Virus record (IMG/VR): IMGVR_UViG_3300027969_000073 | Span: 27,084-91,083 of that record | Source of the DNA: a virus | DNA: 64,000 nt | Strand: one strand, 5' to 3' | Shown here: in pieces, positions 49,650 through 58,935 of the stretch | Layout: the number at the start of each line of letters is the position of its first letter | Numbering within the stretch: the first letter of the stretch is position 1 | The notes under the pieces: generated by a model | The model's database searches: none | What the model was told of the DNA's origin: nothing | Seen by the model: the letters and a program-made list of their open reading frames with translations, nothing else | Position numbers and translations under genes: made by a program

Positions 49650-51827
49650 CTATGAATAAAAATTTGAACTTGGCGTAATTATAGGGGCCTTTTTTAAAAC
49701 TCCCATATCTCTCCAATAGGGATCATCTAGAAATGTTTTAGTATTTTCTAGTTTTTTTTCTTGTTCTTTGAACATAGTACTGTCTAACCACATTAACATA
49801 CCTAACGCAGATACACGGTCAAAGTTGCCGTCCTTGTTCCACATAATTAATTCTGTAATCATTGCAGGAGAATAGAGTGTTTCATATACACGAGTTTCTG
49901 AGTTTGATGATATCTTTTCTTGCAACCACGATTTAATCATGTTACGTGCTTCACTGTTTATTGTTCCAGAAGCATTAATCCCTTTAGATGTGTTAGTACC
50001 TGCTTTATATGTATCAGTACTTCTTAATTGATAAGGTGTATCTGCTAGTAGATAAGTACATTTATGATGGTCAAAGTGATTATATAATCCAATAAGGTTT
50101 TTCTCATACATCCCTATTGCATTGTAGTACATTAACATCTTTCTACAAATCTCATAGAAATCTTTTGCTTCACTTGTTCTACCTGTATACTCAGCAACTA
50201 CTTGACGTGTGTAACGATTTATAATTATGATAGAAGGTAAAGAACTAGTAGTAGCTAAATCTTTATCTACAACGTCAATTCCTGCAATGTATACTCCTCG
50301 AGGAACTATTCCCTCATCACTTTTTTGAGGCTTAACCCATAATTCTATACAGCCAGTTTTCTCTTCATTTTTTCCTATAGGATACTTTCTAATAGGTAGA
50401 GCATCCTGAACTGTAATAAATTCTAGTTCATCTTTTTCTCCAAATCTTAAGTGCCCCTTAAATGATGCTTCTGTATACTTAAAGTATTTACCTCCTTCAA
50501 CTTCAGCTAGTTGTTCTTTAAGCTGTAATGTAGGGAAGAATGCTCCTTCAAGTACAAGGAAAGCTTCACTTGGAACCATTGGTCTATTGATGACTTCTGT
50601 TTGGTAAACACGTTGGTCAGTAGATTTTTTAGCTAAAGTTCTATCGTGCTCTATAGCCATGGTAGCTAATTCCATATTAGTTTCCATATTAGGACCCTCT
50701 TTAAACTCATTGAGGGTTTTACTAATAGGAACAAAGTATCCAATTTTACCACGGTTCTCAAATATATCCTCGAATTCCACGCAGTTATAATCTGGTGGAT
50801 TTCTAAAAATAGTTTCTGCGTATAAGGCTGCTTGTCCAGAAACTAAACCTCCCGTACCTAGAGCCCAAATAACAAGGTTTTTCTTTTTCTTAGATGCCTG
50901 TAAGGCTTCAATTGCTCCCCAAGATTCTATGATGTTGTACATGAAACCTACCTCATCTAGGGATACTAAATTGGCACGAGTACCATTGGCAGCAAGTGGA
51001 TTATCTTTAAATGTTCTGTGATATAGTTTTGATTTACTTAAGTTTGCCGTTACAATTTTGTTAGACATAAATGACCCTGAAAATTCAGAGTGTAAAGGTG
51101 AAGGCCAAAATTCTTCTCCTTCTGTATACGATCCAGGCAATAGTTCTAAACCTACTTTTACCTTAGCCATTAATGGTTCAGAATATTTAGTGTCAATGGC
51201 GCCAATGATAGTTTCAGATGAAGTGTATTGTTTATTTTTTTTTCTGTCTAAGTAATCGTCAAAATCCGTAGCTCCATCAAAAAGAAAGTTATGTGTACTA
51301 ATTCCTGCAGATGAATATGATTTACCAGAACCACGAGCTTGTATACTCATAAAATGTTTTGCAGAGTTTTTATACAAAGGCTTTCCTAAATCTTTACCAT
51401 GGTTTTTTCGAAGGTATTCTCTTGCAGGAACATACGTCATAGACTCTGATTCTGCTTGAGTAATTCTTTTAAGCTTAAGAGATATCTCTTTTTCTGGGCC
51501 AAACTTTCTATCACATGTGAATTTAGTGTCATTACTAAAACCTGAGAAACCTCTACATTCTTCATAGATAAGAAATAGTTCCCAATCTATATCACGTAGA
51601 AAAGGTAGTCCAATAGCTTGTGCTACAGATGAATCATCCTCAAATAAGATATTGTGAAAATTGATGTAGTAGTATAAAGGCCCTGGCATCCATTTTCCAG
51701 AAACCCAGTATCCTTCAATACATCTACGTTTGTGTATTAACCAAAAATCCAAACGATCATAATACTCTAAGTCAGGATGAAAGTTTGGAATCTCTTTTAT
51801 TCGAAAATTGGAATTCTCTATCAACAT
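49650..51827 (-). CDS. terL: Terminase large subunit
   Basis: Walker A ARGSGKS, Walker B VSLDEVG, GTGG, nuclease YIAGIDVVD, NFDRVSA. Confidence 0.92.
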   Translation of the reverse strand: MLIENSNFRIKEIPNFHPDLEYYDRLDFWLIHKRRCIEGYWVSGKWMPGPLYYYINFHNILFEDDSSVAQAIGLPFLRDIDWELFLIYEECRGFSGFSNDTKFTCDRKFGPEKEISLKLKRITQAESESMTYVPAREYLRKNHGKDLGKPLYKNSAKHFMSIQARGSGKSYSSAGISTHNFLFDGATDFDDYLDRKKNKQYTSSETIIGAIDTKYSEPLMAKVKVGLELLPGSYTEGEEFWPSPLHSEFSGSFMSNKIVTANLSKSKLYHRTFKDNPLAANGTRANLVSLDEVGFMYNIIESWGAIEALQASKKKKNLVIWALGTGGLVSGQAALYAETIFRNPPDYNCVEFEDIFENRGKIGYFVPISKTLNEFKEGPNMETNMELATMAIEHDRTLAKKSTDQRVYQTEVINRPMVPSEAFLVLEGAFFPTLQLKEQLAEVEGGKYFKYTEASFKGHLRFGEKDELEFITVQDALPIRKYPIGKNEEKTGCIELWVKPQKSDEGIVPRGVYIAGIDVVDKDLATTSSLPSIIIINRYTRQVVAEYTGRTSEAKDFYEICRKMLMYYNAIGMYEKNLIGLYNHFDHHKCTYLLADTPYQLRSTDTYKAGTNTSKGINASGTINSEARNMIKSWLQEKISSNSETRVYETLYSPAMITELIMWNKDGNFDRVSALGMLMWLDSTMFKEQEKKLENTKTFLDDPYWRDMGVLKKAPIITPSSNFYS

Positions 51828-51828
51828 A

Positions 51829-52083
51829 TTATTCTTCTAAAGCTGGCCATTTGTGTATAGGACAATGTGATGCTAAACTTCTTGTTTTAAATTCTAAAGA
51901 ACATCCACAAATATTACAGCATGCTTTAATTAGTGCCGCGCATCCGTCAGTCTTTCTTTCAGTGCATTGGTTACATATAGCCATTCTTTCTGCAGCAACT
52001 TCTTCTACAAACTTATCCTTGATAAGTGTATTTGTAATACCCTCAAGAATCTCTTTCTTATGTTTCCAAATTTCTGATATCAT
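51829..52083 (-). CDS. Small Cys-rich (Zn-binding) protein
   Basis: RMAICNQC...CNICGC...CPIHKW. Confidence 0.7.
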   Translation of the reverse strand: MISEIWKHKKEILEGITNTLIKDKFVEEVAAERMAICNQCTERKTDGCAALIKACCNICGCSLEFKTRSLASHCPIHKWPALEE

Positions 52084-52601
52084 ATGTCTCCTGTGTCTGA
52101 TAGTGATAAATTTCTTTTTCCTTTCTTTAGAGTCTTTTCTTCTTCGTAGTCCTTTTTAATCTTTTTATAATCTTCAAACATTTTAGGAGTATTAGCTAAC
52201 ATCTTATCAATCTTAACTAACTCATCAGTGTCAGAATCTTCTAACGCTTTTCTATAAAGCTCTTTAATAGAAGTATCTCTCATAGACATAATCTCTCCCC
52301 AGTTTCCAAGAGCTCTTTCTGCATCTGAAAGTACTAAATTTTTAAATATAATCACAATATCTTTTACAGAATCCCATTTAAATTTAGGATTCTTTATGAA
52401 ATTATTTTCAATAATATCAAATTTATTAGGTAGATTATAAAATTTAGACTCAGGATGATAGCAATAATAAAGACCCCACATTACTATAGAGCTTTCTGTT
52501 TTATTTTTGCTTTTATCTTTAGAATAGTAAGATTGGAACTCCTTGATAATTAAAAGTTCAGAGTTTACTTCCCAATAATTATTTTCGTGCAGAGCTTTCA
52601 T
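52080..52601 (-). CDS. Hypothetical protein (possible terminase small subunit)
   Basis: Helical 173 aa; position-based inference only. Confidence 0.4.
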   Translation of the reverse strand: MKALHENNYWEVNSELLIIKEFQSYYSKDKSKNKTESSIVMWGLYYCYHPESKFYNLPNKFDIIENNFIKNPKFKWDSVKDIVIIFKNLVLSDAERALGNWGEIMSMRDTSIKELYRKALEDSDTDELVKIDKMLANTPKMFEDYKKIKKDYEEEKTLKKGKRNLSLSDTGDI

Positions 52602-52779
52602 TTTTTATTGCTTTAAGTTTTGACCACAATTCTGCAGCAGGCATGTTACATTCAAATTGCATCCCATTAGAATAGACGATGCAAGTTTGTGGATTACTAC
52701 TTTTTCCAATAGCAGTAATATCATAAAAAGTTACACTAGTTACTTCTTGGTTGTTTATAATCTCTAGGGTGATGTCCAT
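52579..52779 (-). CDS. Hypothetical protein
   Basis: Overlap-coupled ORF. Confidence 0.5.
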   Translation of the reverse strand: MDITLEIINNQEVTSVTFYDITAIGKSSNPQTCIVYSNGMQFECNMPAAELWSKLKAIKNESSARK

Positions 52780-53023
52780 CTTTTTTTAATTTTAAGCAGT
52801 GATTTGCGTAGTTTATATTTTTAACATTAGGAACAAACTTTCCAAAGTTATCTACGTGGATAACAGGAAACTTTTCTATGTCATATAAGTCATCTGTTTT
52901 TTTATCAGGGTTAGAAATCTCTGTAGCTATCTTCTGAAGAAATAATCCCCAGACTTCTTCTGCCTGGCCAATAGTTAGTCCGTGACGTTTAGCTACATGA
53001 TGAAGAATTTCTTTTTGTGTCAT
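52736..53023 (-). CDS. HU/IHF-like DNA-binding protein
   Basis: MTQKEILHHVAKRHGLT...IHVDNFGKF. Confidence 0.7.
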   Translation of the reverse strand: MTQKEILHHVAKRHGLTIGQAEEVWGLFLQKIATEISNPDKKTDDLYDIEKFPVIHVDNFGKFVPNVKNINYANHCLKLKKDGHHPRDYKQPRSN

Positions 53024-53601
53024 TTGTTTACAGGTTCTATTGTAATATCAAAATCTTCTTCCTCAATAACAGGTGCTTGTGAAGCATCATGTTTATATTC
53101 AGTAGGAGGTTTTATAGCTTCTACAGCTGTTGCCATTTCTTGTCTAAGAGCTTCACTTTCTTCTTGATGCTTTTCTAAAATAGCTTCATCTAGTTCTTGC
53201 ACAAAAGGCTTAGGTTTCACTGCAGTCATCACTAAATTAACCTCTATTCTAAAACCATCTTCATCAGGAGTAAATAAAAGGTCTTTATGAATCTCATTAT
53301 TTTCTCCTAGTAAAGGTTTGCCTACAAAAACCTTTTTCTTTAATCGAGAAATGATAATATTAAACTGTTTTTCTTCAATTTTAAGTGCAGTTCTAATTTC
53401 TTTTCTAATATCTGTAGATAGAATAAACTTACCTCTTTTTTCTTGAGGAAGCGCTGAGTATTCATTATCTAGCCTAATAAGTTCTGCTAATACATCACGT
53501 TCTTGAGGAGTCACATTTAACATGAACCCCATAAATGCTAGAATTTGACGATAAATCTTTCCTTCATCAGTAGGAAGACTAATTACTTTTCTTTGCTTCA
53601 T
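53020..53601 (-). CDS. Winged-HTH-like protein
   Basis: TPQERDVLAEL...RKEIRTALKI...FNIIISRLKKK. Confidence 0.5.
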   Translation of the reverse strand: MKQRKVISLPTDEGKIYRQILAFMGFMLNVTPQERDVLAELIRLDNEYSALPQEKRGKFILSTDIRKEIRTALKIEEKQFNIIISRLKKKVFVGKPLLGENNEIHKDLLFTPDEDGFRIEVNLVMTAVKPKPFVQELDEAILEKHQEESEALRQEMATAVEAIKPPTEYKHDASQAPVIEEEDFDITIEPVNK

Positions 53602-53974
53602 CCTTAATCGCTTTTTGTAGTTCAGAATCTACTGCTAACATTTTAGATACTTCGTACCAAGTAGTTAGAGCTCCTTGAACTAGATTAGAAATTACATCTA
53701 AGATAACATGAAACTCCATATTTTTAGGGTCAATGTTGTTATCTCTTTGATATCTAAATTGTTGAATATCTCTTTCACCATAACCTGCCTCTTTTACCTT
53801 GATATCTACTACCCAACCTTTAATAGGTTCAGCACTTTTACCAAAACTAATATCGTCACATGGATAAGACTTATATCCAAAAGATAATCCTGATGCTAAA
53901 GCTTTTTCTGTAGCATTAATAAATGATGTTGCTAAAATCTCTTTAGCAATTGTTAACTTCTCCGCTGTTCCCAT
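53579..53974 (-). CDS. Hypothetical protein
   Basis: Overlap-coupled ORF. Confidence 0.55.
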   Translation of the reverse strand: MGTAEKLTIAKEILATSFINATEKALASGLSFGYKSYPCDDISFGKSAEPIKGWVVDIKVKEAGYGERDIQQFRYQRDNNIDPKNMEFHVILDVISNLVQGALTTWYEVSKMLAVDSELQKAIKDEAKKSN

Positions 53975-54143
53975 TAATTTGTAATTTTAAAATAAATAGA
54001 ACAGGATTTTCTGCTGCAATAAGATAAGTAAATTCTAATGTTTTACTGTGCATGGCACAATAGTGAATAAACTTCCTTCTTAAATCCTGTTCTTTGTTAA
54101 ACAATTCTTCAAACTCAGTTGATGTAAACTCTCCAATCTCCAT
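53943..54143 (-). CDS. Hypothetical protein
   Basis: Overlap-coupled ORF. Confidence 0.45.
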   Translation of the reverse strand: MEIGEFTSTEFEELFNKEQDLRRKFIHYCAMHSKTLEFTYLIAAENPVLFILKLQINGNSGEVNNC

Positions 54144-54151
54144 CCCAGTAG

Positions 54152-54454
54152 CTAAGTCGATAATAATTCTAAATTAATTCTGTATCTGCCTCTTACTTCA
54201 GCAGGTATTATGAATCCTCTTTCTTTAAGAGAAGCAATATGTTTGTCTAATCCAGGAGCAGATATGCCTAGTTTATTCATGATATACGTTTTATTTATTT
54301 TATCAGCGTACCACAAGTTAGTTTCAAAATTAGCTTGCTTAAGTACCCAATATAATACATGAAACGTTCTGTCATTAGACTTTAAAAGAATACTATCTTT
54401 CGTATCTAAATAAACTACAACCATTTTTCTCCCTTTTTTATTTCTATTAAACAT
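54152..54454 (-). CDS. HTH DNA-binding protein (RepL-like)
   Basis: IMNKLGISAPGLDKHIASLKERGFI...RGRYRIN; start uncertain (ATG 54454 or 54424, downstream of a TATATTTG motif). Confidence 0.6.
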   Translation of the reverse strand: MFNRNKKGRKMVVVYLDTKDSILLKSNDRTFHVLYWVLKQANFETNLWYADKINKTYIMNKLGISAPGLDKHIASLKERGFIIPAEVRGRYRINLELLST

Positions 54455-54532
54455 TGCAAATATACAAATTTGATAGTACAAATATCAAAATTAATAAGTT
54501 ACTATCCAAATTTTATAGGAAGATTGTTTTAC

Positions 54533-55315
54533 TTAGATTTCTTTTGAAGAGTTTTTTAGTTGGTATTCTACCATTTTAACGTAGGTTCTGTTGCTTACAG
54601 GATAATTTGTGTGACATCCTTTTACTTTACATTGTAAGTAGTAACGTCTTACTCCCATAGGAGTAGTATAGGATTTGGTTACTCTAGGTGTTAGTGATCC
54701 GCATTCAGGGCAAGCAAAGTTGTGGTCTCCATATAATTTACCGTAATTAAATTGGGCTTTGCCGTAAGGTCTTAATTTATCAAATACTCTCTCTAGTAAT
54801 CTAACATCCTCATCACAGTATATCCCCATTTCTTCAAGAGCCTCTGGGTCTTTACTTAAAATGATTCTATCCCATAACTCGTAATTAGTTTCTATTTTTT
54901 CACCAACTTTTAAAAACTTACCTAGTTCATCTAATTTATTTGAGTGAAATTTAAATTGAGCTTTAGCTATTTTGAGTGTATCAATGGTTTCATATCTAGG
55001 ACTCATTTGTATGCCGTGGTAAACTGCTCTACCTCTTATCCACTTTAAATCAAATCTATCTCCATTGTGAGCTACTATTTGATTTGCTTTATTTAACTCT
55101 GGTACAAACTTTTCTATTATTTGTTTGTCTGATTGCTCATCGTCCCATGATACTCTGTGGACTTTGTCTTCTCCCTCCCATTTCCAACTTATACAAATAA
55201 TCTCAGGGTATTTTATAATTTGATGTGGCCCTAATCTTTGTTCTCCTAATCTCCAAGCACTGACAATAAAGTAACTTGTTTCGATATCATAAAATAATCT
55301 TTTACGTACACTCAT
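54533..55315 (-). CDS. DEDD/RNase H-like 3'-5' exonuclease with C-terminal Zn ribbon
   Basis: FYDIET, AHNGDRFD, YCDEDV; CPECG...CKVKGC. Confidence 0.85.
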   Translation of the reverse strand: MSVRKRLFYDIETSYFIVSAWRLGEQRLGPHQIIKYPEIICISWKWEGEDKVHRVSWDDEQSDKQIIEKFVPELNKANQIVAHNGDRFDLKWIRGRAVYHGIQMSPRYETIDTLKIAKAQFKFHSNKLDELGKFLKVGEKIETNYELWDRIILSKDPEALEEMGIYCDEDVRLLERVFDKLRPYGKAQFNYGKLYGDHNFACPECGSLTPRVTKSYTTPMGVRRYYLQCKVKGCHTNYPVSNRTYVKMVEYQLKNSSKEI

Positions 55316-55424
55316 AAGGTTTGAGTTTAAATTCCTCCAAATTTAGTAAATTCTTTTAGAATAGAATGGTTAAAAATAAATTTAATTATTTCTTGACATT
55401 ACAAAATATTTTAGTTATGAGACG

Positions 55425-55491
55425 TACTATAGCTCTAGGTATAGTAATAACATACCCCTAGAGGTATGCTGTTACTATAGCTCCAGGTATA
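55425..55491. repeat. 19-bp direct repeat interlocked with a 17-bp imperfect inverted repeat
   Basis: TACTATAGCTC(T/C)AGGTATA at 55425 and 55473; TATAGTAATAACATACC / GGTATGCTGTTACTATA at 55440-55479. Confidence 0.85.
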
Positions 55492-55691
55492 ATAGTAGCG
55501 ACGGAAGAACTATAGTAAAATCTTGTAACTTATTCATTCTAAACATTTTACATTTTTAAATAGTAGTATAGGTAAACCTACAACGTAGGTGGCCATACCT
55601 ATCCCACTATGGATACGGTATTGTCACGATATATTTCCTTTATTTTATACCCCTTATAATTTTATTTTTTAGGGTATGTGATTTCTTAGTC

Positions 55692-55855
55692 GTGGTTAGA
55701 ATATACCTATCTTTGAAGTCGAAATTTGCGACCTCAAGAATTCAGCCTTGGTGTTTTCTCAAAAGTGGTTAGTACATTTTTTTACACACCCCATGATATC
55801 TCGACAGTGGTTAGTGTATTTTTTTGACACTTTGTAGTTTCGCAGTAGTGGTTAG
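55692..55855. repeat. Four (A)GTGGTTAG iteron-like repeats
   Basis: Copies at 55692, 55764, 55806 and 55847; two are followed by T7 tracts. Confidence 0.8.
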
Positions 55856-55923
55856 TAACACAGTCAGCAACCCCCTCTTAATCTTGGACGGGGAACTCTC
55901 CCCCCACTAAAAAACCCTTTAGT

Positions 55924-56199
55924 ATGAAACTTCACGCAATTAAAATCGTAGACTGCCCAGTATGGGAGAACGATGAAATGACAGACGCAACAGAACCTCG
56001 TGTTCTCGTAGTGTTCAAGGAATCTAAAACTCTTAACGGTCTAGCAACTGGCGCTAGCAAAATTGGCTCTCTATTCCTACACAAAGGAATCACATTGGAG
56101 GAAGCTGAAGCTGCATTACCAGTAGACGATGACTACTCAGACCGAGTAGAACTCGTAGCTAAGCCAGGCTCGGACTTCTACAAGGCTGTACTCAAGTGA
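55924..56199 (+). CDS. First early gene, hypothetical
   Basis: ATG after AAACCCTTTAGT leader; strong C/A-ending codon bias; stop codon inside a 12-bp hairpin (56182-56209). Confidence 0.7.
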   Translation: MKLHAIKIVDCPVWENDEMTDATEPRVLVVFKESKTLNGLATGASKIGSLFLHKGITLEEAEAALPVDDDYSDRVELVAKPGSDFYKAVLK

Positions 56200-56434
56200 G
56201 TACAGCTTTGCTGACTCCCAATTGTTGGATAAACTTCCTTAAATCCTTGTATAAAGAAGGCGTAATCACTACGAGAGTGTGATACTTTTTCCCTTTTAAC
56301 TTATTGATACTCAACACTATGGATACTTTAGTCGTTATGTCAGGTGTGGTTACTAATCTCAACTGGATTCTTAACCCTAATGCTTAAAGCATTGATAAGC
56401 CATATTCACTAACTGGATATGGCTTAATAAAAAA

Positions 56435-56528
56435 TACTCTCATCCAAGCAGGTAATGTGAGGCTACCAGAAATGGTGTCCTGCTATAAATGTATCACATA
56501 CTTCAAGGGTTGCAACCTTGTGAGAGTA
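56435..56528 (+). ncRNA. Structured RNA candidate with pseudoknot
   Basis: TACTCTCA/TGAGAGTA closing stem; AGCAGG/CCTGCT; ATGTGA/TCACAT pseudoknot; CAAGG-GTTGCAA-CCTTG hairpin. Confidence 0.55.
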
Positions 56529-56618
56529 CTAATAAGTAGGTTTGTGTTGCAAATGCAGCAATTTAAGGAAATGTAATTGTAAAGGATCGCAACCTTTTTA
56601 CAGAGTACTACTACTTAT

Positions 56619-56739
56619 TTATTAATGCACCATTTCTACTTCCCAAGGGTAGACAGTTGTAATCAAGTGAACAGTATCCTTAGTAGAAATACAAGATAGG
56701 ACAGTATTCCAAGTATTACAACTGAGTGCAGAGGGGTAA
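56619..56739 (+). ncRNA. Twister ribozyme (type P1, with extended P5)
   Basis: TTAT-TAA-TGCA-CC-ATT-TCTAC-TTCCCAAGG-GTAGA-[CAGTTGTAAT...ATTACAACTG]-AG-TGCA-GAGGG-GTAA: P1, P2, P4, T1 (UCCC/GGG) and T2 (CC/GG) are all present. Confidence 0.8.
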
Positions 56740-56772
56740 TTTAACTTAACTTTAAACTTAAAACTATAACTT

Positions 56773-56847
56773 ATGGAAATTTTAATTTGTTGGCTAGCAG
56801 TAGCAGCTGTAGTTTACTTGAAATATTATTTATTAATGAAACTTTAA
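56773..56847 (+). CDS. Small membrane peptide (24 aa)
   Basis: MEILICWLAVAAVVYLKYYLLMKL after an A-rich leader. Confidence 0.4.
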   Translation: MEILICWLAVAAVVYLKYYLLMKL

Positions 56848-56996
56848 TTATATGTTCTCTTTTACATATAAATATTACAGAAATGGAGTAGAATGTGTAA
56901 CTAATTCACTCTTAGTAGCATTAAGATCTGACTGTGGTTATTTCTTAATGCTTAATGATGAAGATTATTATTATATGAAACGTAAAATATCTTAAT

Positions 56997-57224
56997 ATGG
57001 AAACTGTTTATTGGACTATGAAGAATGGTCAAAAGATTGATGTTGATACAATGGATATTAAACATTTACGCAATACTCTTAAAATGATTATTAGGAATCA
57101 AGTAAGAGTAAATGTATCTGCACCTGTAAAACCTAAGTTTGAAATACAAGGTGAAATAGCACAAAACTTTCTTGAGCAAATGCTTGAAGAAGACTATGAT
57201 TTAGATTATGATGATGAATATTAA
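56997..57224 (+). CDS. Hypothetical early protein
   Basis: YWTMKNGQKIDVDTMDIKHLRNTLKM; acidic tail. Confidence 0.7.
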   Translation: METVYWTMKNGQKIDVDTMDIKHLRNTLKMIIRNQVRVNVSAPVKPKFEIQGEIAQNFLEQMLEEDYDLDYDDEY

Positions 57225-57247
57225 AAACCCTTTAAACAAATAACAGC

Positions 57248-57412
57248 ATGAAAAATATTGCATTAATTCTATCAATAGTATTTGCAATGCTAGTAGTTTT
57301 TGGAACTATACTAGCATTAGGAGGTAATTGTATAGGTGATTACTCAATAATAATTGGCTCTATTGGAGCTATATTTGCTTTAAAAAAATTAGATAAAAAC
57401 CTATCTAAATAA
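57248..57412 (+). CDS. Small two-TM membrane protein (54 aa)
   Basis: MKNIALILSIVFAMLVVFGTILALGG...; AAACCCTTTA leader. Confidence 0.55.
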   Translation: MKNIALILSIVFAMLVVFGTILALGGNCIGDYSIIIGSIGAIFALKKLDKNLSK

Positions 57413-57555
57413 AACAAGGTACAAAGGATGATTTCATACCTCACTGTAGTTCTTGTAGACTTTATAAGTCAGAAAGAATATCCATATTATAGCTTAATGT
57501 GGATATTCTTATTATATTTGATTAAATACAAGTTTAACTCTTAAACCCTTTAAGT

Positions 57556-57828
57556 ATGCCAACTTATCAAATAACTATCAAGTTTGCTACAAATGTAGCA
57601 TTTATGACATATATCGAAGCTCCATGGGAAAATGAAGATATATTAAAAGATTTCTTTTATCAGCAGTTTGAACATGAGCAGCCTGATAAAAATGCTTATT
57701 CCGTAGTAAATTTAGAAAAAAATCCAAATGCTTTTATTGAAGCATTATTAGGTAAAGTACCTAAGAAAATTACATTAGAAAGTAGACTTGCAAATAAAGC
57801 ATTTTGCTATGCAGACAAGTATCAATAA
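57556..57828 (+). CDS. Hypothetical early protein
   Basis: AAACCCTTTAAGTATG leader. Confidence 0.65.
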   Translation: MPTYQITIKFATNVAFMTYIEAPWENEDILKDFFYQQFEHEQPDKNAYSVVNLEKNPNAFIEALLGKVPKKITLESRLANKAFCYADKYQ

Positions 57829-58062
57829 TATTGTTTTAAAGGGGGGAAATGCTAGGAAATTGTGAATAAAGTACTAGCATTTTTTTATTCTTTACAAAAT
57901 CTTTTCTTTGACATAATAGACACAGTTGTTAGCATCGTCAAAAAAATACAACTAGTCATTATTTTATGGATACTAAGGATTGCTCTGCCTTATTATCCAA
58001 GACTTTATAAGTCTGAACTGGGAGCATAGTGTATATATAAAAAATCGTTTAAAAAAATCATT

Positions 58063-58575
58063 ATGAAAAATTTAGTTTTAGAATCAGCAAAAGCAGTAAA
58101 AGGTGGAAAAGTTCAACTTTGTTTCTCTCAAATCGTTCAAACAGGTCGTACTAATACTTCAGTATTAGGAATTTTAAATGCAAGCGATGATCGCTTTGCT
58201 CAACAAAAACCACGCTTCTGCTGGGTAACTGCTGAACCAACAGACGTTCAAAATACATTTGGTATTGACGTTTCTGGATTAGTAGAAGGTGAAACTATTG
58301 AGATTGGTATGGAAAACCCAACAATCAATGGAAATGCACTTAATATTCAAATCCTTGAGACAATTGAGGGTACTGAGTATGAAGTTGCAAACTTTGCTAA
58401 AACAGCAAAACGTGCAGGTAAAGACGGAGATTTCATCAAAACAAAAGATGGAATGTTCATTTATCAAAGAACTTCTTTGGTGATGGGTGATGCAAATCAC
58501 GTATTGATTGAAGAAACAGTACGTGTTAAAGCTGATGATGCTTCAGCTACTATTAATGAGGCATTTGGTGCTTAA
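58063..58575 (+). CDS. Hypothetical protein, probably highly expressed
   Basis: Biased codon usage; followed by terminator-like hairpin at ~58599-58633. Confidence 0.7.
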   Translation: MKNLVLESAKAVKGGKVQLCFSQIVQTGRTNTSVLGILNASDDRFAQQKPRFCWVTAEPTDVQNTFGIDVSGLVEGETIEIGMENPTINGNALNIQILETIEGTEYEVANFAKTAKRAGKDGDFIKTKDGMFIYQRTSLVMGDANHVLIEETVRVKADDASATINEAFGA

Positions 58576-58671
58576 TTAATTTCATAAACATGAATTTAAA
58601 GGGGGAGATACTTAATCGTATCTTCCTCTTTATTTTCTTAAAAAAAATTTGACGTTTTTACTTGAATATTT

Positions 58672-58935
58672 ATGAAGATAAAATCAAAACCAAGAGTAAC
58701 TCTGGAAGAAATAGGGCTTTATTTAAGAACAATCGAAATAGATTATAAGCCAAAAAACAATGCTCATAGAGCTAAGTTAATAACTGAATATTTTCCTGTA
58801 ATATGTTTAGAAGAAGATGTAGATAACTACGAAGAACTTTGTAATATACGTCAAGAAATAGTAGAAGATTATGAATTAGAAGACCGTAGACACAATTATT
58901 TTCAATCATTAAATACAAAAAATCCTTTTTTATGA
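58672..58935 (+). CDS. Hypothetical protein
   Basis: ORF coupled to the next gene. Confidence 0.6.
   Translation: MKIKSKPRVTLEEIGLYLRTIEIDYKPKNNAHRAKLITEYFPVICLEEDVDNYEELCNIRQEIVEDYELEDRRHNYFQSLNTKNPFL

Noticed and set aside
6212-53167. Many plus-strand ORFs in the track (for example 6212-6634, 27452-27676, 48352-48768)
   Set aside because: Antisense shadows of long, tightly packed minus-strand genes with no recognisable motifs.
56435-56528. SAM-I riboswitch or twister-sister identity
   Set aside because: Only superficial matches (CTCATCCAAG, GCAACC); kink-turn/P3 and twister-sister loop consensus are absent.
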